Shown: one piece after another, positions 49,106-60,029 of the stretch | How positions within the stretch are numbered: position 1 is the stretch's first letter | Layout: each line of letters starts with the position of its first letter | Source of the DNA: Prorocentrum cordatum | Lineage: Eukaryota | Direction of reading: 5' to 3' | DNA: 64,000 nt | NCBI GenBank assembly: GCA_963575745.1 | Contig: CAUYUJ010000114.1 | Location: forward strand, 248,001-312,000 | Translations under genes and position numbers: made by a program | Notes under the pieces: model-generated | The model's database searches: none | What the model was told of the DNA's origin: nothing | Seen by the model: only the letters and a program-made list of their open reading frames with translations

Positions 49106-49322
49106 GCGTGGGTTAGCCGTGTCCATTGGCTCCACCCTCCAACAGAGCAGAAAAAGGATTCCTATAAGGAGCCAGTTTGGCACGTTGCCCCTGCTGCGGC
49201 CGTTCTGCATGTGTACCTTGGAGGAGGAGGAGGAGGAGGAGGGGGAGGAGGAGGAAGAAGACGAAGACAAGCCACACGATGAAGTTGCAGAACTGCGTGG
49301 AGGCCTATGCTCGAGCAGCAGC
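49106..49322 (-). ncRNA. Candidate degenerate HDV-like ribozyme at the LINE 5' end
   Basis: GGGCAA-[P4: CGTG/CACG, CCA/TGG, TGGCTCC/GGAGCCA]-GCTAA, plus upstream CTGCTGC/GCAGCAG pairing and GCC-TCCACGC. P2 is imperfect and L3 is interrupted by an insertion. Confidence 0.4.
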
Positions 49323-49867
49323 TTGGGGCCCTCTTGGTCGGGGGCGCGAGCATTGCGTCATTTACAATGGTTTGTTGCCTCGGGGGGCCCAAACATTGTG
49401 TAATTTACACAGGTGTGTGGCTTCGGGGGCGCGAGTATCGTGTAATCAATCTACAAGGAAATATGGCCTAGGGGGGCGCGAACCCCACGTATTTTTATAT
49501 GTTCCACGCCCCCCCCCGGAAGTCAGACGACGCGATCCGGGCGTGGTAACCGGGTGGTTCGGGGATCCCCCCCTCGCGCGGACTTTAATAATTTACAGTA
49601 GGAAGCAGAAAGCAGGACTGTAACAGTGGAGACTTGAAACTGCAACTAGTGCAGGGAGCATCACACTTCGGCGTACAGCCTGGTGGCCACACAGGAGGGC
49701 CAGCGGATTCTTCAGTAATGAGAGTTCGACAACAACACCGGCAACAACAGCAGCAACCACAATCACGCCAACAACCACAACCCACCACGATCCGTTCCGC
49801 GGAGCCCACTTCAGCCACGCACCCAGGGACAGCGAATGACCGTTCGGCCTCCTCACTCAGATTTTAT

Positions 49868-50270
49868 ACTTGTCTCACCTTCGCGACCATGCTGCCCGCT
49901 GTGCGATCTTGCGTGCGTTGTGTACTCCGGATTCCATAATAAAGTCGGGGGGGGGTCACATTTGGGGGGAGGTCTGATTTGAGTTGTCTTGAAAGGTTCG
50001 GGGGGGTCTGGGCAAAGGGCCGCCCTTTCATGGATGCTCTGGGAGGGTCTAAAACTTCTCGTCTGGGAGGGTTGAGACCCCCTCCCTTTTATTACGAAAT
50101 CTGGAGTACTTGTCTTGCCTTCGCCACGCCCGCTGTGCGATCTTGCGTGCGTTGTGCACTTGTCTTGCCTTCGCCACCATGCTGCCCGCTGTGCGATCTT
50201 GCGTGCGTTGTGTGCTGGTCTTGCCTTCGCCAGCATGCTGCCCCGCGTGCGATCTTGCGTGCGTTGTGCC
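49868..50270. repeat. ~55-bp repeat family (CCTTCGCC...GCTGTGCGATCTTGCGTGCGTTGTG), about 4 copies
   Basis: One copy at ~49870 and tandem copies at ~50110-50270. Confidence 0.8.
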
Positions 50271-52796
50271 CCACGCGGGCATCCTGTGCCCCGCGCGGGC
50301 ATCCATCGGAGACAGGCTGGAAACTCGGACAACTGGGAAATTCACGCCCCAAAGAAGTCGGGGGTGGACAGAACCCCCAACAGGGACACGTCGATTAGTG
50401 AATTGTCCGTTTTCTGTTCTCGAGAGGGCGCCGTGGCCGCTACTTTCCAGGCTTGCGCCCGCCAAGTTTGGGCCTCAGGCCGTTTTCACTAAACCACGTT
50501 TTACTAAAGGGGGGTCTGTCCATCCCCGAAGAAGCTTCAAGAGAGCCTGACGATGCCCCCAGGCAGGCCAGATCGCATGGGCAGCCCTGCGATAGGTGCG
50601 CTTTCTCGCAGGGCACGTTTGATTATCTTCAGTGCCCTGGCCTCCGTCAGGGGTATCGCCTCGAACCGATGAGGCGGCACATGCTGCTGTTCACGATGCT
50701 TTTTCGAATGTAGTCCATGTGTCTGTTCCGTGCCCCCCTCCACGCTCGCGCTGCTCTGAGCCTTGGCGCGCTCCTACTTAGGGCCTCCTCTTCAATTTGG
50801 TTTTAGCTTACCCCCTCTTCAAACATTCGATGCTCTGTCAGTCCTCCTTCTCTTCCTCGTGTATGACATCCTCGGTGGCTATGCTCCCGCCGCAGTCGCC
50901 GCTGTGAGCATTGTAGCCTTCACGCTCTCTCGATGTCTCGGGTCTCTGGCAGATGTTGCGTCTGAGCCGGTGTTCGTTCTGTTTGCATTCGCGGCTCCAG
51001 AGCCCTCTCATTGGGGAGCACGGCCAGTGCTCGTGCAGTTCCCCTTCCTTGACGTTGCCGACGCGGGCACATCCGCAGCACACACGCTCGGTTCGGTTGC
51101 GCGGTGTGTCGAGCTCTTCGGCTGGTGGTGCACCGCTCGTCGGCTGCATGTTAAGCTGCTGGCGCTGTGCAGCGCGCTGCCTCCGCGCGGGGAGCACGGA
51201 CACCACGCTCGCAGCCGCCAGCCTGCCTCGGGGCCCGTATTGCGAGCACTGGTACAGCTCTTGGCTGCATGCGATTGGGGGTCTGGGAGGCTTCAACGTC
51301 AGCTTACCCTATATCATCGAGAGTGACCTTTAATTGCTAATTACCGCGCCCCCCAATGGGAGTCACGAGCAGCAGCTTCCCTGAGCCTCTCGCATGCTGC
51401 CCTGCTGGCACCGAGGGCACGCCCAACCGCCAGCACCCTCTCATTTTGCCAGGTGCGTCCTCGTCTAGGAAGCGATGGTGCCCCAGGCTTGCCATCATCG
51501 GGTCGCCTTATGGAGAAACATCCTGCCAAAGCTCTACGGAATGTCAATCATTTTGGCTTCTTCGTGCCTTCCTAGAGGACCTCTTGGAGGCCTCTTGGGC
51601 AGTCTTGGAGGCCTCTTGGAGGCCTCTTGAGCCGTCTGCCGTCATCTTGAGGCCGTATTGGAGCGAACTTGGAGCAGGCCACCTGCCACGGCCACGGCGG
51701 CTTCCGAGCAGGCTGTCCACGTGCGCTCCGGCCAAAAGCCATGGAGCATGCGGCAAGTCCAAAGGACGCCTACCGAATTTACACCTTTCTCTCTAGGCAT
51801 CTTGGACTCTCTTGGGCCGTCTTCGAGACTATCTTGGACCATCCTGGGCGAACTTTGAGGCCATCTTGGCCGTATTGGAGGGCATCTTGAGCATTTTAGG
51901 ATTTTTTTCTGACGTTGTGCTTGTTTCCGGTCCCTACCGGTTGGCCTGTGGGACGGGCCGAAGCCCCAGGTAATAGTTCTTTGGAGAAAGAACCAACATC
52001 TAACCAGTAGATTTAGCACGCTGGGCACTTCTGTGGCAAGACCACAGGGGGCGGCGGATCTGGTGGCCTTCGGCTCATCCCGCCATCGTGCCTGGATTGT
52101 GCGCCAGAGTTCTCAGGGATGCTTCTTCAGGACGCTCTCGGTGGCCACTTAGGAGCAGCTTTGGAGCCTCCTGGGAGCCTCCTGGGGGCCCTTGGGAGGC
52201 CTCTCGGGAGCATCTCGGGGCCTTTTGGAGGCCTCTTGTGGGGCCTCCCGGGTGCCCTCGGGGCCGAGGGCTTGAGATGTCTGATCGGGTTCCCAATCAC
52301 GGCCTCCCCTTGGGGCCGTCGTTGGGCTCTCTTGGGCCGTGTTTGGCGCCTGTTGGGCCGTCTTGGAGCCCTCTTGGGCGGCCGTCTTGGGGGCATCGCG
52401 GGCCGTTGTGGAGCGTCGGGTCGCCGAAAAGGCGAGAAGGCCAGCACCCTTCGAACACCTAAGTTAAAATCAATAATTTGTGCCTCTCGGGGCCCTCCTG
52501 AGACGCCTCTTGGAAGGCTCTTGGGGCGTCTTGGGGCATCCGGGGCCGCTTTGAGGCCATCCTGGGCGTACTGGGGGCACACTCGGACCTTCTCGGAGGC
52601 ATCTGCGGCCCTCTTGTGGGCTCTTTGGGGCCCAGGTGTGGCCAGCTGCGCCACCAGGGGACGCGTGCGCCACGCCTGGGCCACACGCCTGGGCCGGCCT
52701 GGGAATCCCATAGGGATCCTGGGCAATCCCCGGAAGTCCCGGGGAATTCTGGGGTCGGGAGCCTTGAGACGGGGGCGGAAAAGAGGGGGGTGATGA

Positions 52797-53230
52797 CTAG
52801 GGGGGGGGGGGATATCATGGCGTGGGCCATGATATCTCCCCAGATTTCGTGGCGCCTCTTCTTATTTTATTACGTCCCTGGCCTCCCCGCTGGGCTGCGC
52901 ACATGCCGCCGGTCATGATTTGCACCCCCCCCTCTTGGACACCCCCCTCTTGGCCGCTCCCGATTGAGACGGGGGTCAATGCAAGCGGGGGTCAGCCACG
53001 GCACCGGATCCTGCAGGATCCTGCGGAGACCCCCTCTGGCTGACCCGGGTGAGCGAGCCGCTCGTGGCCGCGAGGCGGCCGCTCATATTGGCTGACCCAG
53101 GTGTGCGAAGACCTGCGTTGCAGTTTTTTTTGTCCTGCACTGCAGTTGTTGGTTTCCTGCTGACCCGGGCCTGGATTGACCCGGGCCAGAAGATCCCCGA
53201 TGGGGAATCCCCAGGAAATCCTTGCACTAC
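52797..53230 (+). repeat. Dispersed repeat (G-run GATATCATGGCG...CAGGATCCTGC), with a second copy at ~57621-58010
   Basis: Both loci share CCCAGATTTC.TGGCGCC, GCGCACATGCCGCC and GGGGGTCAATGCAA in the same order. Confidence 0.8.
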
Positions 53231-54007
53231 AGTCGGGGCGCTGAAGAAGGAACCCTTTTCGTTGGGGAGGGGCTCCGTGTTCCTTAATTGTTTGACAGCT
53301 TGCCTCAGGTTTTCTCTGCGTTTTCGATGGGAAATCGAAGTTCAACTTTTCGAGAATCGGGGCCTAGTTCCTTATTTATCGCTCCTCCTCCCCCTCCTCC
53401 TCCCCCTCCTCCTCCTCCCCCACCCTCCTCCCCCTCCTCCTCCTCCTCCCCCTCCTCCTCCTCCTCCTCCTCCTCCTCCTCCTCCCTCCTCCCTCCTCCC
53501 TCCTCCCTCCTCCTCCAGGAAATCCTTGCACTGTATGCAGCGGTGGGTTTCTCAGGACTGCCGGCGCTCCACTCCGCGCGCGGCGGGCGCGGGAGGCGGA
53601 GCGCCGCAGCCCGCGGCTCCGCAGCAGCCGCCTCCGAGGCCCAGGCGGCGCACCGGGGCCCCGACCCGGACGGGCCCCTTGGTGGGCTCGTTTTCCGCCG
53701 CCACCACCACCAGAAGGTGGACGGGGGAAGGATGTGGAGGAGGAAGAGGAGGAGGAGGAGGAGGAGGAGGAGGAGGAGGAGGGGAGGAGAAGGAGGAGGA
53801 GGAGGAGGAGGAGGTCGAAGAGGAGGAGGAGGAGGAGGAGCAAGAGGAGGAGGAGGGAGGAGGAGGAGGAGGAGGAGGAGGAGGAGGAGGAGGAGGTCGA
53901 AGAGGAGGAGGAGGAGGAGGAGGACACCCTCTCCCTCCCAACTTATGGGGGTGGTGGTGGTGGGAAACGGGCCCATCACCTCTTCCGCGCGCGCGGCCGC
54001 GCGCGCG

Positions 54008-54112
54008 ATGGCGCGGCCCGCCCGCGGGGCCGCGGCGCGGGCCTGCCTCGGGCTCGCCGCGTGCCTGCTGAGCGCGGGGGCGGCCAATGAAGCGGGCGCC
54101 GCCTCCAAGAAG
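54008..54112 (+). CDS. Probable exon 1 (signal peptide) of the coiled-coil gene at 62935
   Basis: MARPARGAAARACLGLAACLLSAGAANEAGAASKK looks like a signal peptide. It ends AAG|GC in phase 0, matching CAG|GCC at 62934/62935. Confidence 0.5.
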
Positions 54113-54429
54113 GCCCGGGCCGGGTGGCCAAAGAGCGGCTCGGGAGCCTTGGAACGGTGGCGGCAAAGAGGGGGGTTGTCGGGCGACGAAATCTATACAT
54201 ATCCACTGCTCCCTGACCATGCCCATCTTGAACCCAGGAGCTGTGTATGCGCCCTCCTGGCCAAGCCAGGAGGGCGTGGCGTATACACCGCTGCGGAGTT
54301 GAGGATGGGCCTGGTCAGGGAGCAGTATACATATATCGGCGCACCGGGTCCGGGGGCCCGGGGCCGGGACCTCGACCACAAATGTGCGCCCCGGGGGGCC
54401 CGGAGGCTCGTCGGGGCTTGCCGGAGGCC

Positions 54430-55705
54430 TCCCCAGTCAGACAAGACGGCCCAAGAAGCGCCCAAGACGGCCCAAGAAACTTCCAAGAGGCCTCCAAGAG
54501 GGCTCCGAGATGCTGAAGATGGCCTCCAGACGTCCAAGGACGCCCCCAAGAGGCCCCAAGAAGCCTCCAACATGCGTCCCAAGAGGGCCCCTAGACGCAA
54601 AAATTTGCCCATTCCCTTCGTAAAACGTACATGTTCAACAAAGTTGTCTTTTGGGCTTTCCGACGTTACAGGACGGCCCAAGAGGCGCCCAAGACCGCCC
54701 CAAGACGGCCCAAGAAGCTTCCAAGAGGGCCCCAGGACAGCCCAAGAGGGCCCCAAGACGGCCCAAGAGGCGCCCAAGATGGCCCAAGAGGGCCCCAAGA
54801 CGGGCCCAAGAGGGGGCCCAGAGGGGGACCACGAACCGCAAGCTCGAGCCTTCCGCCCCAAGAGGCCGCCAGGAGGCCCCCAGGAGGCCCCTCAAGAGGC
54901 CCCAGGAGACCCCAGACGTCCAAGGACGCCCCCAAGAGGCCCCAAGAAGCCTCCAACATGCGTCCCAAGAGGGCCCCTAGACGCAAAAATTGGCCCATTC
55001 CCTTCGTAAAACGTACATTTTCAACAAAGTCGCCTTTTGGGCTTTCCGACGTTACAGGACGGCCCAAGAGGCGCCCAAGACCGCCCCAAGACGGCCCAAG
55101 AAGCTTCCCAGAGGGCCCCAGGACAGCCCAAGAGGGCCCCAAGACGGCCCAAGAGGCGCCCAAGATGGCCCAAGAGGGCCCCAAGACGGGCCCAAGAGGG
55201 GGCCCAGAGGGGGACCACGAACCGCAAGCTCGAGCCTTCCGCCCCAAGAGGCCGCCAGGAGGCCCCCAGGAGGCCCCTCAAGAGGCCCCAGGAGACCCCA
55301 GACGTCCAAGGACGCCCCCAAGAGGCCCCAAGAAGCCTCCAACATGCGTCCCAAGAGGGCCCCTAGACGCAAAATTGGCCCATTCCCTTCGTAAAACGTA
55401 CATTTTCAACAAAGTTGTCTTTTGGGCTTTCCGACGTTACAGGACGGCCCAAGAGGCGCCCAAGACCGCCCCAAGACGGCCCAAGAAGCTTCCAAGAGGG
55501 CCCCAGGACAGCCCAAGAGGGCCCCAAGACGGCCCAAGAGGCGCCCAAGATGGCCCAAGAGGGCCCCAAGACGGGCCCAAGAGGGGGCCCAGAGGGGGAC
55601 CACGAACCGCAAGCTCGAGCCTTCCGCCCCAAGAGGCCGCCAGGAGGCCCCCAGGAGGCCCCTCAAGAGGCCCCAGGAGACCCCAGACGTCCAAGGACGC
55701 CCCCA
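54430..55705. repeat. ~386-bp near-identical tandem repeat, about 3 copies
   Basis: TTGGGCTTTCCGACGTTACAGG recurs at 54651, 55037 and 55422, giving near-identical ORF translations. Confidence 0.92.
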
Positions 55706-55977
55706 CGACGCTTCGCGTCACCAATTTCTTCTCACAACGATTCCTGGGTCTGTGACTCGACAGAACCTAAGCGCGCGCGAAGCGCGCGCGTGGTTCTAGT
55801 GGATATGTATAGATTTCGTCGCCCTAGGGTTGTGGATGCTGTGACAATGGGCGCTCTACGAGTCCTATCATTGATTGAAAGAAGTGTTTTAAACAGAGTA
55901 AATCCTGTTCTACACATGTTTCAAACATGCTTTTACAAATTTAAAACATGTTCGAAACATGTTTAGACATCTGTATT

Positions 55978-57549
55978 GTAGTGGCCTTCGGCCAGTGCCG
56001 CCGATCCGGGTCGCTCGGGGTTATTCTCCAGACGCAGAAATTATGGGCGCACACTCAAACGCACACACACAGTCACACCACTTAACCTGCGCCGCAGACA
56101 TGCGCACACAGCATCACCCACACACACATACTAGTTGGGAAACGCACCTGTAGTACTAGTAGTAGTATAGTAGTTAGTAGTAGTAGTAGTAGTAGTAGTA
56201 GCAGTAGTAGTAGTAGTAGTAGTGGTAGTAGTAGTAGTAGTAGTGGTTGTGGTAGTAGTGGTAGTAGTAGTAGAGGCCTCGTTCCGCGGCTTCTCTCGAC
56301 TTCCCGCGGTCTCTCTCAAGTTTCGAGCACGCGGTGAGTTTCACGATATATGTGTGTGTATGTACGCGTGCATGCATGTATGCATGCATTGATCATGTGT
56401 GCCTGTGTGTAGGTACGTATGTATGTATGTATGCTTGTGCGCGTATGTATGTATTTAGTTTGTATGTATGTTTGTATGTGTGTATGATAATATGTGTGTA
56501 TGTGTGTGAATGTAAGTATGTATGTCTGGAAGATTGTTTTTCTATGTATGCAAATGTGTTTAAATGTAGGTATGTATGCATGTGTGTATGGATGTGCGTT
56601 TGAAGAGCGAGGATGTTTCAAAGAAGAGGCACTCGGTGACGCGATCGTTGAGGGATAGGAGTGAGGTCGCAGAGGAGGAGGAGGAGAATGAGGAAGAGGC
56701 GATAACTTGAAGGAAAACGATGAGACGGAGGACATCCTGCCGGTGGCGCCCTGGGCGGTGCCGCGGAAGAAACCGGGGGCCTGCCGGAGGCAGTCTGGAG
56801 GCCTCTGGGGAGCTGTTTTGGGGCCTCTTGGAACCTCTTTTGGGCCTCTTGTGGGCTTCTTGGGGCCCCTTGGGGGTCTCTTGGGGCCTCCTGGGGGCCT
56901 CTTGGGGCGGAAAGCTCGGTTCTTTCGGTTCGTGGTCCCCCTCTTGGGCCCCTCTTGGGGCTCTCTTGGGGCCTTCTTGGGCTGTCCAGAGGCCCTCTTG
57001 GGCCGTCTTGGGGCCCTCTTGGGCCGTCTTGGGGCTCTCTTGGGCCGTGTTGGAAGCATCGTGGGCCGTCTTGGGACGGACTTGGGGGCCTCTTGGGCCG
57101 TCTTCGAGCGTCGGACGCCCGAAAAGGCAAGAACGCTAAAAACCCTGAAAAAACCAATGAAAATCAACGATTCTGGCCTCTTGGGGCCCTCTTGGGAGGC
57201 CTCTTGGAAGCTTCTTGGGGCGTCTTGGAGACACCTTGGGCCGTCTGGAGGCCATCTCGGGCGTCTTGGAGCGATTTTTCGGCGACTCGGGGCCCTCTTG
57301 GAACCCCTTGGGGGTCTCTTGGGCCCCCCCCCTCCTCCAAAGCGCCGGAAAAAGCGGAGCATGGCGCCCCCCCCCCCCCTATCTTCCACTCCCCCGGAGC
57401 GGCCCCGGGGTTCGCCGGAAACTCGCACCCCCCCCCCCCCCCCCACCCCCCCTTCCCCGGCAGAGCCACCCCGGCGACCCCCCCAGAGGCTGAAGCTCAG
57501 CCTCGAGGCTGTAGCTGAGACTCCTTGAAACTCACACGCCGGATCGGCG
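55978..57549. mobile_element. 1.57-kb non-coding insertion with an 11-bp inverted repeat and terminal stem-loop, flanked by a 38-bp direct repeat
   Basis: TTTAAAACATGTTCGAAACATGTTTAGACATCTGTATT is identical at 55940-55977 and 57550-57587. CGCCGATCCGG (55999-56009) pairs with CCGGATCGGCG (57539-57549). TGGCCTTCGGCCA lies at 55982-55994. Confidence 0.6.
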
Positions 57550-58714
57550 TTTAAAACATGTTCGAAACATGTTTAGACATCTGTATTTGGCAGCCTGCTT
57601 CCTCTCCATTGATCATCCTCTGGGGGGGGGGATATCATGGCGGAGGCCGTGATGTCTCCCCAGATTTCATGGCGCCCTTTCTTCTTTCAATGCGTTCCTG
57701 GCCCCCCCGCTGGGCCGCGCACATGCCGCCGATCGTGATTTGCACCCCCCCTCTAGGACGCCCCCCTCTTGGCCGCCCCCGAGCCTTGGGACGGGGGTCA
57801 ATGCAAACGGGGGTCGGCCAGAGCGCCGGATCTTGCAGGATCCTGCAGGGGCCATGGGTCGCACTGACCCGGGTTTGGGCGCAGGATCCTGCAGGATTTT
57901 GCAGGATCCTTCGCGCTGACCCTGGTTTAGACGCAGGATCTTGCAGGATCTTGCAGGATTCTGCAAAGTTTGACTGGCCTGGGTCTACATTGACCCGGGT
58001 CAGAAAATCCCCGAGCGGCGCTGTCTCTCCTTGGAGCAGGCTGGGGGTCTGAGAGGTGGCCCAGCACTGGTTCCGGGCAGCAGGAGGGGGAGGGGTGCGA
58101 GGCTCGAGGTCCTGGGTTCGAGAGGCTTGGTGGTCTTTTGCAGCCTTCGGGGGCCCTCCTCGCACCGCGGAACCGTCAAGAACGGGTCCAGGGTGAAACA
58201 TTTCACCAGCTGGACCCCGCTGGGAGGGGTCCGGGACAGATTTTGAGCGGATTGCCCTCATCCCCCCTCTTGAAAGTGTTCCTCTAGGCTCATCCAGTTC
58301 AGATCCTCCCGCCGCCTCCAACTCTCTTCCCAGGTCTCTGGTGCTATTTCAAACTGCGAATCGTTTGCCCGGAGAGGGCTCGGGCCAGGCTTGTCGTTGC
58401 GTGCGGCGTAAGCATGCCTCGTGCCTCGGCTGGAGGGCGCCAGCATATCGTTTCTTCTAGTATAACGAGGTCGAAGGGGACTGGCGGATTGATGTTTCAG
58501 GATACCTCTTGCGAAACAACTGTGCTTGGCTTTATGCTCGATACATAATTAGGCAATACCGGAATTTGCATGTGTTAAGTATGTCTCAAACGACACGCTT
58601 ATTTTGCAGAATTTGATCAGGATGACGCGAGCGAATCACTTGCTCCTCAAGCAGTGTTTCCAAGTATGGTTGGTTTCTCGGTAGATGTCTTAAGTAATTA
58701 GTTGGGTATGGTTG

Positions 58715-59160
58715 GTTTTCGCCACGTTGCCGCCCGTGGCTCCTCGTGGGCCCCTCGTAGGCGCCCCGTGCTTGTGTGGTATGTTGGGTTTGCGCCACGT
58801 TGCCGCCTCGTGACCGCCTCGTGGGCGCCATGCCTTTTGGGGTACGTTGGGTTTTCGCCGCGTTGCCGCCAGTGCCGCCTCGTGGACGCCTCTTGTTTTG
58901 AGCTTACAATTCTTCGATCACATAGTTTACACCACGTAGCTTGCACCACGTAGCTCACACCGCATAGCCTACACAACATAGTTTACACCACATAGCTTAC
59001 ACCCCATAGCTTCCACCTCCAGTTTACAGCGCATAGCTTACACGACACAGCTTGCACTACATAGCTTACACAATATGTTGTCCCAATCACAGCTCAGGCC
59101 ACATAGCTTACACGACATAGCTTTCACCACATAGCTTTCACGGCATAGCTTTCACCTCCA
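58715..59160. repeat. Short degenerate repeats (GCCACGTTGCCGCC; CATAGCTTACAC)
   Basis: Directly visible. Confidence 0.75.
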
Positions 59161-60029
59161 CAGTGCAATAACGCCTTCATTGGGGCCCACGATGGCTAAC
59201 ATTATGTCACTTGTGACGGACCTTGGCGCCCCAGAGTGCCCTAGCAGTCCCTGGGAGCACGCAGCGTAAGTTCACAAGGGGTCGTGGATCTGGAAGCGCG
59301 AACGCAGCGTAATTCACGAGGGGTTCTGGCCCTGGGAGCGCGGACGTAGAGTAGTTTATGATCGATCCTGGGCGCACGAGCGGATGCAGCGTAACTTTCT
59401 CGGGAACGTGGCCCTCGGAGCGCAGGCGCCGTGTAACTCGAGAGAATCCTAGCGCAATTCCCGTGGATCGTGGCCCTGGTAGCTCGAGCCCGACACATTT
59501 CACACGGGCACCGTGGCCCTGAGAGCCCGGGCGCAGCGTCCTTCCGGAGGGATCGTAGCCTTCTGTAGCGCGAGCGCAACGGGCGGGGGTCGTAACGAGG
59601 TCGAAGGGGGCTGGCAGAATGTTTCCCCAGGATGTCTGCAGCGTCGATGTGATACCAGTTTTTACAGGATTGGGGCCTTCTCACATTTTCGTTTTTCCGA
59701 CGCTCCAAGACGGCTCAAGAAGCCCCCAAGACCACCCCAAGACAGCCCAAAAAGTCTACAAGAGGGCCACAAGACGGCCCAAGAGGCGCTCAAGACGGCC
59801 CAAGAGGGCCCCAAGAGGGCGGGGGTCGCATGGAGGTCGAAGGAGGATGTCGGATTGTTTCCCCAGGACGTCTGCAGCGAAGCGTTTTGGGGGATGGTGC
59901 TTGTTCTTTTCAGGCCCCCGGGGGTAGCACGGGTTACCCCCCCCTCTCAGACTCTCCCCCCCGCAATGATAACGCTTGGAAGCCGGCCACAAGTGTGAAT
60001 CCTCGCGGCTTCCATCGGACATTCTGTAA

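Larger units (their letters stand above)
44865..49322 (-). mobile_element. Non-LTR retrotransposon (LINE, RTE-like single ORF), disrupted and 3'-truncated
   Basis: APE motifs GTWNAR, ACYAP, GGDFNAELG, QLDHLF and TDHDP. RT motifs WRGITLLS, QSGFRRGRGT, FLDIEKSY, GLREGCPSSP and AFADD. C2H2 finger CPVPGC...HYDEHH, then the RNase H start WIATDGSG. Confidence 0.9.

Noticed and set aside
50763..51333. Overlapping 126-187 aa ORFs on both strands
   Set aside because: No recognisable motif or clear splice structure, so a coding frame cannot be chosen.
53288..55966. ORFs of 200-570 aa with repeated GPKTAQEAPK-type peptides
   Set aside because: They are translations of the GC-rich 386-bp tandem repeat. 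Only 54008-54112 looks like a real exon.
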